Assembly: GCA_963768195.1 (NCBI GenBank)
Contig: CAVYHA010000001.1
Coordinates: forward strand, 321,338 to 385,337
Length of the DNA stretch: 64,000 nt
Source: an uncultured Planctomycetaceae bacterium
GTDB lineage: Bacteria > Planctomycetota > Planctomycetia > Pirellulales > Thermoguttaceae
Reading direction: 5' to 3'
The translations under genes and the position numbers were made by a program. Of this stretch, positions 10,492-21,370 are shown piece after piece. Below the pieces are notes generated by a model. It searched no databases. It was not told the DNA's origin and saw only the letters and a list, made by a program, of their open reading frames with translations. Each line of letters opens with the position of its first letter. Position 1 is the first letter of the stretch.

Positions 10492-11550
10492 ATGAAACGT
10501 TCAATATGGATGTCAGCCGTTTTGGTTTTGTTGTCGAGCGGGATGGTAGGGCGCGCGGTCGGTGGCACGTTCACCATTCTCGATCCGACATGGGCTACTT
10601 CGGTAATGGTCGTTGCTGTGTCGGGCAACAACGTCGTCGGGTATTATTACGACAGCAGCGGCGAGCACGGTTTCGTGTACAACGCTTCGAACCAGAGCTA
10701 CACCACCCTCAATGCGCCGGGGGCCAGCATGACATTGGTCAAAGGCGTGTCGGGCAACAACGTCGTCGGGTATTATGACGACAGCAGCGACGTGGCGCAC
10801 GGCTTCCTGTACAACGCTTCGAACCAGAGCTACACCATTCTCAATCCGCCGGGGGCCACTTCGTCAGGCGCCTATGGCGTGGACGGCAACAACGTCGTCG
10901 GGGGTTATTACGACAGCAGCGGCGTCAGTCACAGCTTCCTGTACAACGGTTCGACCTACACTACCCTCCAGGGCAATTGCGCCACTGGTGTGTCCGGCAA
11001 CAACATCGTCGGGACTTCGAGCGGGGCCGGCTTCCTGTACAACGGTTCGACCTACACTGGCATCGGTCTGTCATTTGGCTTTGGTACGACAACAGTGCCC
11101 TGCGCTGTGTCCGGCAACAATGTCGTCGGGTATTGTTACGGCGGCGTCGTCGGCGAAGGGGGCTTCCTGTACAACGCTTCGAGCCAGACCTACACTATCC
11201 TCACTCTTCCGACAGGGGTCACCACGACAAAGGCCTCAGCCGTGTCCGGCAACAACGTCGTCGGCTACTACACTGACAGCAGCGGCGATGCGCACAGCTT
11301 CCTGTACGACGGTTCGACCTACACTACCATCGATGTGCCTGGGGTGCAAAACACTTTTGCCGATGGCGTGGACGGCAACAACGTCGTCGGGTGTTATTAC
11401 AACAGCCTCCCCGCCGAATACGGCTTCCTTTACACGGTGCCCGAACCCTCGTCACTGATTCTCCTCGGCATCGGCGCCGTCAGCCTCGGCGGTTACGTGT
11501 GGCGGCGGCGGTGCAAAGGTGGCTCGGATCGGGTCGTGCGGCGCGGCTAA
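10492..11550 (+). CDS. PEP-CTERM-anchored secreted repeat protein (about eight ~44-aa HAF-like repeats)
   Basis: Signal peptide MKRSIWMSAVLVLLSSGMVGRAVG. Repeated unit SGNNVVGYYxDSSGxxHGFLYNxSxYTxL. C-terminal sorting signal VPEPSSLILLGIGAVSLGGYVWRRR. The ORF is intact. Confidence 0.8.
   Translation: MKRSIWMSAVLVLLSSGMVGRAVGGTFTILDPTWATSVMVVAVSGNNVVGYYYDSSGEHGFVYNASNQSYTTLNAPGASMTLVKGVSGNNVVGYYDDSSDVAHGFLYNASNQSYTILNPPGATSSGAYGVDGNNVVGGYYDSSGVSHSFLYNGSTYTTLQGNCATGVSGNNIVGTSSGAGFLYNGSTYTGIGLSFGFGTTTVPCAVSGNNVVGYCYGGVVGEGGFLYNASSQTYTILTLPTGVTTTKASAVSGNNVVGYYTDSSGDAHSFLYDGSTYTTIDVPGVQNTFADGVDGNNVVGCYYNSLPAEYGFLYTVPEPSSLILLGIGAVSLGGYVWRRRCKGGSDRVVRRG
11522..11546 (+). repeat. 25-bp direct repeat, copy 2
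   Basis: Identical to 10145-10169. It encodes the last residues (SDRVVRRG) of the PEP-CTERM ORF. Confidence 0.9.
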
Positions 11551-11760
11551 TCTGCGTGCCGATGACTCGCACGCCCAAATCTCCATGCCCTACTGAAGAG
11601 TGGGATGCGGCGACCGCAGGTTCCGCCAATTCCTGTTGCACGCTGCGGTAGGCCGGGCAGACGCAGTACTACCGCGGCGCCAAACAGCGGTTGCGTTCCT
11701 TCGCTGCCGCCAAGTATACTACCGCGGTAATCTCCCTCTCACCACACCGGTCTCGCAACC

Positions 11761-12303
11761 ATGCCCACGCCCGTGAACCCTCCCGGAATGAACCTTGCCG
11801 ACTACATTCGCAGCATACCCGATTTTCCCAAGCCGGGAATCCTGTTTCGCGACATCACGCCGCTTCTGGCGGCTCCGGCGGCGTTTCGCCTGGCCGTGGT
11901 CGAAATGGCCAATCCCTTCCGGCGCGAGAAGATCGACGTGGTGGCCGCGGCCGAGGCGAGAGGCTTCATCTTTGCCGCCCCGGTCGCCTTGGAATTGAAC
12001 GCGGCGCTGGTGCCGATCCGCAAGCCGGGCAAGCTTCCCTTCAAAACCCAGTCGTTTACCTACGATTTGGAATACGGCCGTGACACCCTGGAGATCCACA
12101 CCGATGCCATCCCGCCCGGCGCCAAAGTTCTCGTGGTGGACGACCTGCTGGCCACCGGCGGCACCGTCGAGGCCTGTTGCCGGCTGGTGGAGAAAGCGGG
12201 CGGGGTGGTCGTCGGCTGCGCGTTCTTGATCGAGTTGGCCGACCTGAAGGGCGTGCAACGCATCGCCCAGTATAAGACGGTCAGTCTCATCAAGTGCGAT
12301 TGA
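11761..12303 (+). CDS. apt: Adenine phosphoribosyltransferase
   Basis: [37 protein letters not shown] and the PRPP loop [16 protein letters not shown]. Intact 180-aa ORF. Confidence 0.9.
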   Translation: MPTPVNPPGMNLADYIRSIPDFPKPGILFRDITPLLAAPAAFRLAVVEMANPFRREKIDVVAAAEARGFIFAAPVALELNAALVPIRKPGKLPFKTQSFTYDLEYGRDTLEIHTDAIPPGAKVLVVDDLLATGGTVEACCRLVEKAGGVVVGCAFLIELADLKGVQRIAQYKTVSLIKCD

Positions 12304-12315
12304 GCGGTGAGCCGC

Positions 12316-12405
12316 CCCGAAAATGGGGACTGGCTCCGTCGCCTCGATCAAGCTTCGTTCCGCAAAACAGCGTTCTTGGCGACGGTGCCTGTCCCCTTTT
12401 TCGAC
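12316..12405 (-). repeat. GGGAC-box palindromic element, long form (~85 bp)
   Basis: AAAATGGGGACTGGCTCCGTCGCC and GGCGACGGTGCCTGTCCCCTTTTT flank a ~45-nt centre. The reverse complement is about 94 percent identical to 60495-60578. It lies between the convergent stops of apt and bamA. Confidence 0.8.
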
Positions 12406-12407
12406 GC

Positions 12408-15400
12408 CTAGCGGTTGAAGCCCACGAAGAAGCTGAACAGTTCGTGGGTGTCGCCCGGGTTCCAGGAAACGGGGAAGGCAAAGTCCAGCGCAATCGGCGC
12501 GGCCCCATGGCGGGCACCATGATTCGCAGGCCGAAGCCGGGCGCCACGCGGTAGCGGTTGGTCCAGTTGTTGATCGTCGGCTCGACCGTGCCCGTGTCGC
12601 AGAAGATCACCCCGCGCAGCATATCGTCGGCCGTGATGGGGAACAGATATTCGGCCGACGCCAGCATCATGAAGTCGCCGCCGACATTGATCTCTTCCTC
12701 GGTGCTCGGGCCGATTTGCTGCGGCGAAACCCCGCGGAAGGCGAAACCGCGAATCGTGGAAAAACCACCGGCATAGTACCGCTCGTAGATCGGCGTGTTG
12801 TCGCCCGTGATACCTGCCCGGGCGGCTAAGGTAAGCACCTGGCGGCCGGAGTGGTCTGGCCGCTCATAGAGCGTGAAATACTTGCGCAGGTCGATTTCGG
12901 CGTGCGGATACTGGAACGAGCCCAGCACCTCCGCGACCGAGAACTGGATCAAGTGCCCTTCGGTGGCCATGTAGGCGTTGTCGCGCTTGTCGTTCGTCAA
13001 CGAAAGTTGGAACTCGTGCAGGGCCAGGTCGCGGCCTGTCACCTCGGCCAACGCCGGCAGCAACGGATCGATCGGGTTGGTGATGTTGACCTTGGCCCCG
13101 CGGTAAGCCACCCCGCCCGACAGGTCGGGCGAGAACAGGTATCCCAAAGCCACGCGGCCGCCCAGCCGCTGATCCGTGTATTCGTTGTAGACGCGGGTAT
13201 AGTAGTAGCCGCTCAGCCCCAGACTAACCGGTGCGCCGAACGCGTACGGCTCTGTAAAATCGATCATGTACCGCTGCAATTGGGTGCCGGGCATGGCCTC
13301 CAACCGCAGCCGTTCGCCGCCGCCGCGGAACGCCGTGCCATTGCGGACGTCTTCCCAACTGGTGGGAAAGCGGGTCCAGTCGAAGTTCTGCTCGTCCAAG
13401 GTGATCGAGCCGACCAGTCCGGCGTCGGAGTTGACCCCCACGCCGAACATCAATCGTCCGGTCATCGCCTCTTGGGCCAACACGCTGAAAGGCAACGGTT
13501 GGAGCATCTCGCCGCCATCGGGGGGGCCGTCACGGAAGGGCGAACCCTCGCTGAAAATCGAGCCGGGAACGTACGGCCCCTGCGGCGAATCCACCGGCCG
13601 CTGCGGGGCTTGCGATGGCCACGGCTGCCCGTAGGCCGGCGCCGGCTGCACGGGCGCGGCCTGCACGGGGATAAGCTGCGAGGGACCCGGCTGCACGACG
13701 CCGCTCTGCGAATACATTTGCCCCGACGTTGCCGGCGGCGGCTGCTGAGCCAGGTATTGCGGCGGCGGATACGACGCTGCCGGCACTGTCGCATTCGGCG
13801 GCGGGTAGGAGACCGGCGGGGCGGCAGAAACCGGCGCCGCGGCGGCCGGCGCACCGCTGGACCACTGCAACGCCGGACGCTGAGGGGCCGGGGCGGGCTG
13901 GCTCGCGTCGGGCACGTTCGGCACGTACTGCTGCGTGAGGATCAATCGCGCCCGATCGAGGCTTTGTCCCAAGCTGGGCTGCGCGGGCGGGGCCACCGAT
14001 TGGTCCGGGGCCACGCTGTAGCCCGATCGATCCAAGGTGATTACATTCGGGCCCTCGCCCATCGTGACGTCGATCACCCGGTCACAGGCGTCCGAATCAG
14101 GGCTCTGGCCGCGGAACGTGCCGTCGCCGGCCTGATCGCCGCCCATGCCGGATCCCATGCCGGGCCCCATGCCGCGGCCCATGCCTCGGCCGCGTTGCCC
14201 GCGCGAACCGTCCTTCGGGCCTGGTTTCGCGTCATCGTCATCGTCTTGTGCTTCCGAGCCGGGTGGGCTGAATGCGATCTTGGGCGCGTTGCCTTGGGCC
14301 GGATTCGCCTCGAACAATTGGCTGAGTCGCAGCCGGCGCTCGCTGGAGCGAATTTCGCGGATATCGACGACGTCGCCCGGCCTGAACGACAGCCGGTTCA
14401 ACACCGTGGCAATTTGCGTGTGCGGATATTCGCCCTTGATCTTGACGTTGATCTTGCCTACCCGGTAGCGATCGCCCTCTTGAATCTTGTATATCAGGTC
14501 GAGCTGGCCCTCTTGCTCGAGAAACCGCGGATCGGGCTCGACCTTGGCGAAGGCGTAGCCCACCCCGCCGTACTTGTCGGTGATCGAGTTTTTGTCGGCA
14601 TTCAGTTGCGCCTCGTTGAAGTAGTCGCCCTTCTTGAGCTTCAGGTCGGCCATCAACTCCGCGTTGCTGTACTTCTTATTGCCGAGCACCGTCACATCGC
14701 GGATCTTGAAGCGGATGCCCTCGTCGATCACAAACGTGATCGTCACCCATTTGCCCGGATCGTTGTCGTTGGGCTCGACGCCGATGCGGGCGTGGAAGTA
14801 GCCCAGCCCGCGGTAATAGGCCGTCAGCCGCGCCTTGTCTTCTTCAAGCTGCTTGCGGTCATACTCGCCCTTGAACAGCCAGAGGATAGGATGACTGGTC
14901 TTGATCTGGGTCTGCAATCGGCCGTCGTCGGCGATCGTGTTGCCGATGAAGTTCACCGACAGCACCCTCTGTTTCGTGCCTTCATCGACGATGAAAACAG
15001 CGCGGCTATCTCCAGGCTTGTCGCCCTCCAACAGCGTGACCTGCGCCCCGTTGTAGCCTTTCGTGTGGTAGAACTCCTCAAGGTGGCGGCGGCTCTCCTC
15101 GATCACCATCGGATCGAGCGCGTCGCCTTCCTTCAAATGGCATTCCTTCTCCAACTCCTTCTTGAGCACCTTCACGTGGACTTCCTGGCAGCCGAGGATG
15201 CGAATCTCTTTCAACAGCGGCCGTTCCACCACGTCAAAGATCACGATTCGCCCGCCGGCGACCTGCTGATAATAGGTCCGCACGGAGACGAACAGGTGCG
15301 TGCGGTCGAGGCGTTTGACGTCTTCCTGGATCAGTTCGAGGTCGAAGGGCCGGCCCTTCCGCGTGTGAATCTGCGGCAGGATCTTGTTCAGCGGCAACAA

Positions 15401-15648
15401 CTTGTTGCCCCGAATTTGCACGTCCACGACGTTTTCGGCGGGACGGGCGCGGGCGGAGTCGCGGGCGACTGATCCGTCAACGGGCCGGCCGGACCTCCCA
15501 AGGCGGGCAGGGCCGACGGGTCGGGCAGCGATTGGCCCGTCCCGGTGGAAACGCCGAGAACACCGCTTAACGCAAGCAGCGCGGCCGTCTGCGCGCACCA
15601 ACTTCGGAGGCGACAATCGCGGCCTGTAGCGGTTCGGAAATCGGCCAT
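12408..15648 (-). CDS. bamA: Outer membrane protein assembly factor BamA with a long low-complexity insert; at least 2 frame breaks (~12500, ~15430)
   Basis: Signal peptide in the 15388..15648 frame (RLRSWCAQTAALLALSGVLG). POTRA-like repeats (VVDVQIRGNKLL..., IRILGCQEVH..., VNFIGNTIADDG..., VTVLGNKKYS...). Barrel segments LMFGVGVNSDAGLVGSITLDEQNF and YAGGFSTIRGFAFRG. After a 1-nt correction the C-terminus reads GFGLRIMVPAMGPAPIALDFAFPVSW...FSFFVGFNR, with the stop complement at 12408-12410. Confidence 0.85.
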
Positions 15649-15983
15649 CCGTGGCCCTTTGGGTTGTGGTCCGAATCGTGCGACAAGGAGACGGAAATCG
15701 TCTTGCTGGCTTCAGCGCGGCCAGGCCGGCTGAAAAGTTGCTTCCCACCTTGGCACAGCCGGTCTCCAATACGCCGCGCACGGCGTTTCGGTTCTCGCCT
15801 GGACACAAGAGGTCGCGTAGAAATACCGTAACCCGCCCGCCACGACAAGGGGAATTCGCAGCGATTGGCAAGAACGGCGTCGGAATCGGGCGGAGCGTGG
15901 GGCAGGTGGGTAAGCTGGGGAAATGCTACAATTCACTGGCGGCGATTGTTGACGACCAGTCCAGTTACACTCAGGGTGCAACA

Positions 15984-16220
15984 ATGAAGGGTAGGCAGAA
16001 GGGACGGCCGACGAAGTGGGTGAAGGCGACGATGGAGCAGACCGTCGTCATCGGCAAACCGGGCATCCAATTCGAGGTCTGGGAGAAGTGGAAGAAGCGA
16101 CGAAAGAAGCTTGGCACGCTGACGGTCAGTGTCGGCGGCCTGCGCTGGTGGCCGCATAAGGCCCAAGGTTACCGCCAGCGATCCTGGGAAAAAGTGGCCG
16201 AGTGGTTCGAGAACGAATAG
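15984..16220 (+). CDS. Small basic hypothetical protein (78 aa)
   Basis: ATG at 15984 gives MKGRQKGRPTKWVKATMEQTVVIGKPGIQFEVWEKWKKRRKKLGTLTVSVGGLRWW... No family recognised. It lies in an otherwise empty intergenic region. Confidence 0.35.
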   Translation: MKGRQKGRPTKWVKATMEQTVVIGKPGIQFEVWEKWKKRRKKLGTLTVSVGGLRWWPHKAQGYRQRSWEKVAEWFENE

Positions 16221-16372
16221 GCACGACGATCTGCCGCGGGCGATGCATTGGCGAACAGGTTTTTTTGCGGCGGAATTTATTGGCATCGTGATGCGCCGCA
16301 GCGGCCTATCTCTTGCGCGGCCAATCTGCAAAAATGATCGTAGTTGCCCGCGATGATGCCGTTGTATCGTAG

Positions 16373-16444
16373 AAGCGGCATCTTGCCGCTTGTCGCGTGT
16401 TCCGGAGATCGCCGACGACGAAGGACGCGGGAAGATGCCGCGTC
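16373..16444. repeat. Two copies of the GACGCGGCAAGATGCCGCGTC-type hairpin in opposite orientation
   Basis: AAGCGGCATCTTGCCGCTT (16373-16391) and GACGCGGGAAGATGCCGCGTC (16424-16444). Both are just upstream of the M16 peptidase start at 16464. Confidence 0.7.
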
Positions 16445-16463
16445 TGCTTCGAGGAGAAATCGC

Positions 16464-19111
16464 ATGAAAACTCGCACGTGCATGATGTTGGTCGCCTGGT
16501 CGTTGATTGCTTTGCGGAATGCGCCCGCGGCCGAGACGGAAACCGAGCCGCTGCACTATTCGAGCGTGCTGCGGCTGCCCGATCAGACGACGCTGGCTGA
16601 CGCTGTCGAACGGGCTGACGGTGATCGTGCAGGAGAACCACGTGGCGCCGGTGGCCACCGTGCGGTGTTTCGTGAAGAACACCGGCAGCGCGTACGAGGG
16701 CAAGAACCTGGGCGCCGGGTTGAGCCACGTCCTGGAGCACGTCGTGGCCGGCGGCACGACCACCCACCGCACGAAGGAGGAAATCGAGAAGATCGTCAAC
16801 ACCTTTGGCGGGGCCACCAACGCCTTCACGTCGACCGACATGACCACCTTCTTCATCGATTGCCCGGCGAAGAACACGCCGACCGCCATCGAATTGGTGG
16901 CCGACTCGATGCAGCACGTCGCATTCGAGCCGGAGGAGTTCGCCCAGGAACTGAAGGTCGTGCGGCGCGAGTTGGCCGACGGTGAAGTGGATCGTCGGCA
17001 CGTGCTGGCGAAGATGCTCCAGCAGACGGTCTATACGACCCATCCGGCCCGGCATCCGATCATCGGCTACCTGGAGGTGCTCAACCGCACGACCAACCAG
17101 ACGATCATCGACTTTTACCACGAGCGTTACGTGCCGAACAACCAGGTGTTCGTGGTGGTCGGCGACGTCAACACGCAGGCGGTGCTGGACGCAGTGGCGA
17201 AGAACTACGCCGGCACGCCGCGGGGTCGCGAGACGTACGTGGCGTTTGAAGACGAGCCGAAGCAGCTTTCCCGCGCGAGTCCGTGACCGAGATGGAAGGG
17301 GCAACCTACGACATGGCCTTCGCCTGGCCCACGGTCAAGCTCTCGCATCCCGATCTCTATGCCTTGGACCTGGCGGCGTACATCCTCGGCGAAGGCGAGA
17401 GTTCGCGGCTGGTGCAGCAGCTGAAATATGAGAAGCAAGTGGTCTTGGACGTCAATGCGGTGAGCGACACGCCGCACTATGTGGACGGCCTGTTCGCGGT
17501 GTTGGCCAGCAGCCGCCCGGAAACGTGGAAGGCGGCCGGCGATGAAATCCTCAAAGAGGTGTACAAGCTTCGCGACGAATTGGTTGGGCCGGAGGACCTG
17601 GCGAAAGCGAAGAAGCAGAAGGCGGCCGAGTTCATCTTCGACCGGCAGACGGTTCAGCAGGCGGCCGACAGCCTGGGCCAAAGCGATGTGGCCGCCGGCG
17701 ATCCGCTCTACGACAAGACCTACGTGGACGGCATTCAGAAGGTCACGGCGGAGCAGGTGCGCGACGTCGCCCGGCGATATCTTGTGCCGGAGCGTCTCAA
17801 CCGCGTGATCATCGCCCCGCCGGGGACGGCGAAGAAGGGGGAGAAAGCGGTCAAAACGGCCGAGGGCGAGATTCGCATGACGCGGCTTCCCAACGGCCTG
17901 CGCGTGTTGACGCGGCGGCAAGGCCAACTGCCGCTGGTCAACATCCAGGCATTCGTGCTCGGCGGATCGCTGGTGGATAGCGAAGCGACGGCCGGCCGCG
18001 CGGGATTAGTCGGCACGATGCTCGAAATGGGCACCACCGACCACTCCGCCCGGCAAATCGCCGAGTACTTCGACGCGATCGGCGGCCAGTTTTCCATTCG
18101 CGGCGGGCGTTTCACCGTACACGGCAGCGCCACGACGCTGCGGGCGGATTTCCCCGCGCGGCCGCGCTGTTGGCCGAGTGTTTCACCCGTTCGACTTTCC
18201 CCCGGGAGGAGTTCGCCAAGGTCCAGCAGTTTGCCTTGGGCGCGATCGCCCAGCGCACCGACGACCCGTATCAAGAGGTCAACGAGTTCTTCTGCGACAA
18301 TCTGCCGGCCGCGTCGCCCTATCACCTGATGACCGGCGGCAAGGCCGAGACGGTCGTGCGGCTGACGGCCAAGGATCTGCGGGAGTATTACGCCAGGTAT
18401 TTCGTGCCGAACAACATGGTCGTGACGGTTTTCGGCGACATCGAGCCCGACGAGGCGTTGGCGTTGGTGAAGAAGCATTTTGGCGATCTTCCACCGGCCG
18501 CCGAAGCGCCGGCGATCCGATTCGATCGTGCCAACGCCATCGCCAAGACGATCTCGCGTCACGCGACGATCGGCAAAGAGACGGGCATGGTGTGGTTCGG
18601 ATATCCCACATCGAGCATCTTGGAGAAAGGAGATTACGCGGCGATGACGCTGTTGGGCGCCGTGATGGCGGGCTACCAATATCCGGGCGGATGGCTGCAC
18701 ACCGAGCTCCGCGGCGAAGGGCTGGTGTACGGCGTGCATGCCACGCAGGTGACCGGCCCCGCGCCCGGCTATTTCGAGATCGTTGCCCAGACGCGTCCCG
18801 ATGCCGTCGAGGAAGTCGTCGCCCGCATCGAGGGCAACGTGCAGCGGGCGAAAGAAGGCCGCATCAGCGACGACGAGTTTCGCACGGCCTCCCAGCGCGT
18901 GATCGCCCTGCAAGCGCAGGAGTATACGACGATCGCCGCGCAGGCCGAGCAAGCCGCCCTCGACGAGCTTTACGGCTTGGGTTACGATTACCACAAAAGC
19001 TTTGAAGCCCGGATGCAAGCGGTGACGCTCAAGGAGGTTGTCGCGGCAGCCCGAAAATACTTCGGCAACCACGTCCTGGTCACCGCCTCGCCGGCGAAGA
19101 AACAACCCTAA
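16464..19111 (+). CDS. Fused double M16 (pitrilysin/insulinase) family zinc peptidase, ~880 aa; about 3 frame breaks
   Basis: GAGGAG then ATG at 16464, followed by a signal peptide. Inverted zinc motif GLSHVLEHVV and FTSTDMTTFFID. The second half repeats the fold (RLPNGLRVLTRRQGQLPLVNIQAFV... without HxxEH). The four ORF-track pieces 16344, 16507, 17283 and 18170 join end to end. Confidence 0.85.
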
Positions 19112-19128
19112 GGATTGACGTTGCTGCT

Positions 19129-21123
19129 ATGATGATGCCCCGCATCCTCGGCGAACATCCGCTGGCGAAAGACGCCCAGGGGAAGTTGAAATCGCGCATC
19201 GGCACGGTGTTTCCCTCGGGCAGCGCGATTGTCACGCTGCCGGGGATTCATGCCATGCAGCGGCTGGCGTATCTCGACGCGATGGCGCGGGAACGCGCGG
19301 AGTGCGGCCTGCTTCCGCTGAGCCGCGAGGAACAAATGGCCTGCTGGCGCGAGTCGGTCAACCTGATCATCGAGGACGACGTGGTGCTGATCCGGCCCGA
19401 CCCGGACAACATGCAGTTGATGTTTCGGGCCGACGAGTTGCTGCAGGAGTTGGTTCCCAAGCAGCGGATCAAGTTTCTGCTAGTGCGGAACGAGCGGGTT
19501 CGGGCGGCGATCAAGCAGCGGGGCGAGTATTGGCGCATCAGCCCGCTGCCGAAAACGCCCGACGCCATGCGGCAGATGATCGTGGCCTCGAAGATGGCCA
19601 TCGGCGGCCAGGAGCTGTATTACTACAGCAAGGCCACCGGCACGCGCTTCCTCACCTACGAGACCTTTGCCCAACTGGGCGCGATGGCGGAACCGGCCCT
19701 GCGGCAGCATTTGCTGGAAATTGCCAAGTTCTCCGCGGGCGTGAATCACCAGGGCGGGCCGGAGATCACGTTCTTCATGTGCGACGAGAAGTTTACGAAG
19801 ACGGAATTCGCCGCCTACGATTTCACGGCGCTGGAGGCCACGACCCTGGCCGCCGCCTATGACGACCTGCGGCAGAAGTTCTACGACGCGATTCCGCCCC
19901 AGTTCCGCGAAGATGATCTCAACGACCTGGAGTGGCGCAACCACATGTATGCGGCCTTGATCGGCGAAGATGAGCGGACCGTCTCCGAAAAATCGCTCTT
20001 GGACTTAAGCTCCGAGTTCTTCATGCAGATCGAATGGCTGCCCGGCGGACGGATTGAAGAAGGGGAAATGATCCTCGATCCGATCTTCGAGCTGGCCGCC
20101 GAGACGAACGATCCCGGGCTGCGGCGGCTGTGTGACGAGAAATGCCGCGGGTTCATCTTCAACTTCGTGCGCGAGTACGGCGACCTGGAGTACGTCAACA
20201 TGGGCCGCGTGGTGCGGTCGCTGTCGCGGCGGGAGCAAGCGCCCGGCCGCCGCGACGTCTACATCGCCCAGCTCAAGCAACGCGACATCAAAGAGGAGAT
20301 CGTCAAGATCATCCGCATGCAGAAGTGGGGCATCCGCGAGCATCTCGACGACGGCAAACGGCTTCTCGACGCCATTATCCAATCCGAGGAGTACACCGAA
20401 TATATTCTCGACCGCCGGCTCGGTTGCCGGCAATTGGGCATGAATCTGCCTGCGCGCACCACTGCCAAACGGATCAGCGAACGATATCTGGGCCCGCGCC
20501 GCGATCTTTATAACGCGGTAATCTGGTCGCCCTATTTCGAGCGCGATTACATCCGCGGCATGGCCACCGACAAGATTCCGGTTCAAAAGCTGCGCGACGA
20601 GGCCTTCGCGTTCCGGCTTGCCCCACTGCTCGGCCAAACGGCTGCGGCGAACATGATCGTCGGCCGCTGCGACTTGCAAGGCCGCGTCGTGTTCGACGAC
20701 GGCGACGAAGTGGTGCTGGAGGACGAGCAAGGCCTGCCGCTGGAAATCGTCGTCGCGGATCAGATGGGCACGTTCGTCGACTACCGCACCGATCTCGACC
20801 ATTTTGCCGCCGAATATGCCGATCCGGTCAACCGGCGCTGGGCCCTGGTGCCCGACCCCAAAGGATTCGCCAGCGCGTACGTCGATGCGTTTGTGAGCCG
20901 ATTCGCCAAGATTCAACTCGAATACGAGAAACGGAAGCGGGCTTTCGACACGCTCTTTCAACATCGCCCGCGCGACGAGGGGGGGAGCTTCGCTTATCGC
21001 TGGGAGTGCGTGCTGAACCGCCTGCGACACGCGGCGCCGGAAGGCCTGGGCAATCTCATCCGAAGTCACATCGTCGGCAGCGATCAAGCCGAAGGCGGAG
21101 ATCTACCGAGGAGCAACCGCTGA
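19129..21123 (+). CDS. Conserved-looking hypothetical protein, 664 aa, with AceK-like (atypical kinase) motifs in the C-terminal half
   Basis: Intact 2-kb ORF starting 17 nt after the M16 stop. By-eye similarity to E. coli AceK: YFERDYIRGM resembles YIERRMVPL, QKLRDEA...GQTAAANMIVGRCD resembles QQLRDAI...RQLAAANIFPGD, and GRVVFDDGDEV resembles GRVVFYDYDEI. The CDS call is firm; the function is tentative. Confidence 0.6.
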   Translation: MMMPRILGEHPLAKDAQGKLKSRIGTVFPSGSAIVTLPGIHAMQRLAYLDAMARERAECGLLPLSREEQMACWRESVNLIIEDDVVLIRPDPDNMQLMFRADELLQELVPKQRIKFLLVRNERVRAAIKQRGEYWRISPLPKTPDAMRQMIVASKMAIGGQELYYYSKATGTRFLTYETFAQLGAMAEPALRQHLLEIAKFSAGVNHQGGPEITFFMCDEKFTKTEFAAYDFTALEATTLAAAYDDLRQKFYDAIPPQFREDDLNDLEWRNHMYAALIGEDERTVSEKSLLDLSSEFFMQIEWLPGGRIEEGEMILDPIFELAAETNDPGLRRLCDEKCRGFIFNFVREYGDLEYVNMGRVVRSLSRREQAPGRRDVYIAQLKQRDIKEEIVKIIRMQKWGIREHLDDGKRLLDAIIQSEEYTEYILDRRLGCRQLGMNLPARTTAKRISERYLGPRRDLYNAVIWSPYFERDYIRGMATDKIPVQKLRDEAFAFRLAPLLGQTAAANMIVGRCDLQGRVVFDDGDEVVLEDEQGLPLEIVVADQMGTFVDYRTDLDHFAAEYADPVNRRWALVPDPKGFASAYVDAFVSRFAKIQLEYEKRKRAFDTLFQHRPRDEGGSFAYRWECVLNRLRHAAPEGLGNLIRSHIVGSDQAEGGDLPRSNR

Positions 21124-21370
21124 CGCTCGAAGCCGGCCGCGCACCCCGGGTGGGGCGCTATGCCACGCAGGAAGGCACGACATGCGATTTTTTCGCATTC
21201 CCGGGCTCGCGCAGAACGCTTTTCAAGTGACGCCGCAGCGAAAATCGGCCCGTTGCGGCACAACTTCCGGAAATGCCCAAGTGATCTGGACTCTTCCGCT
21301 GATAGTAGATTATGCTTCCCTAGTTAGTTCTTCCTGCGGAGAGTGGGCACTCTGAGACAGGGAGCATAGT

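Noticed and set aside
12851-15472. Very long antisense ORFs: 873 aa opposite bamA, plus 24700..27483, 8874..10331, 17735..19105, 20005..21087, 46651..48126, 49627..51234, 51878..53536 and 58273..59742
   Set aside because: Each mirrors a gene with strong motif support on the other strand. Their translations are Arg/Gly/Pro/Ala-rich low complexity with no recognisable motifs. Stop-poor antisense frames are expected in high-GC DNA.
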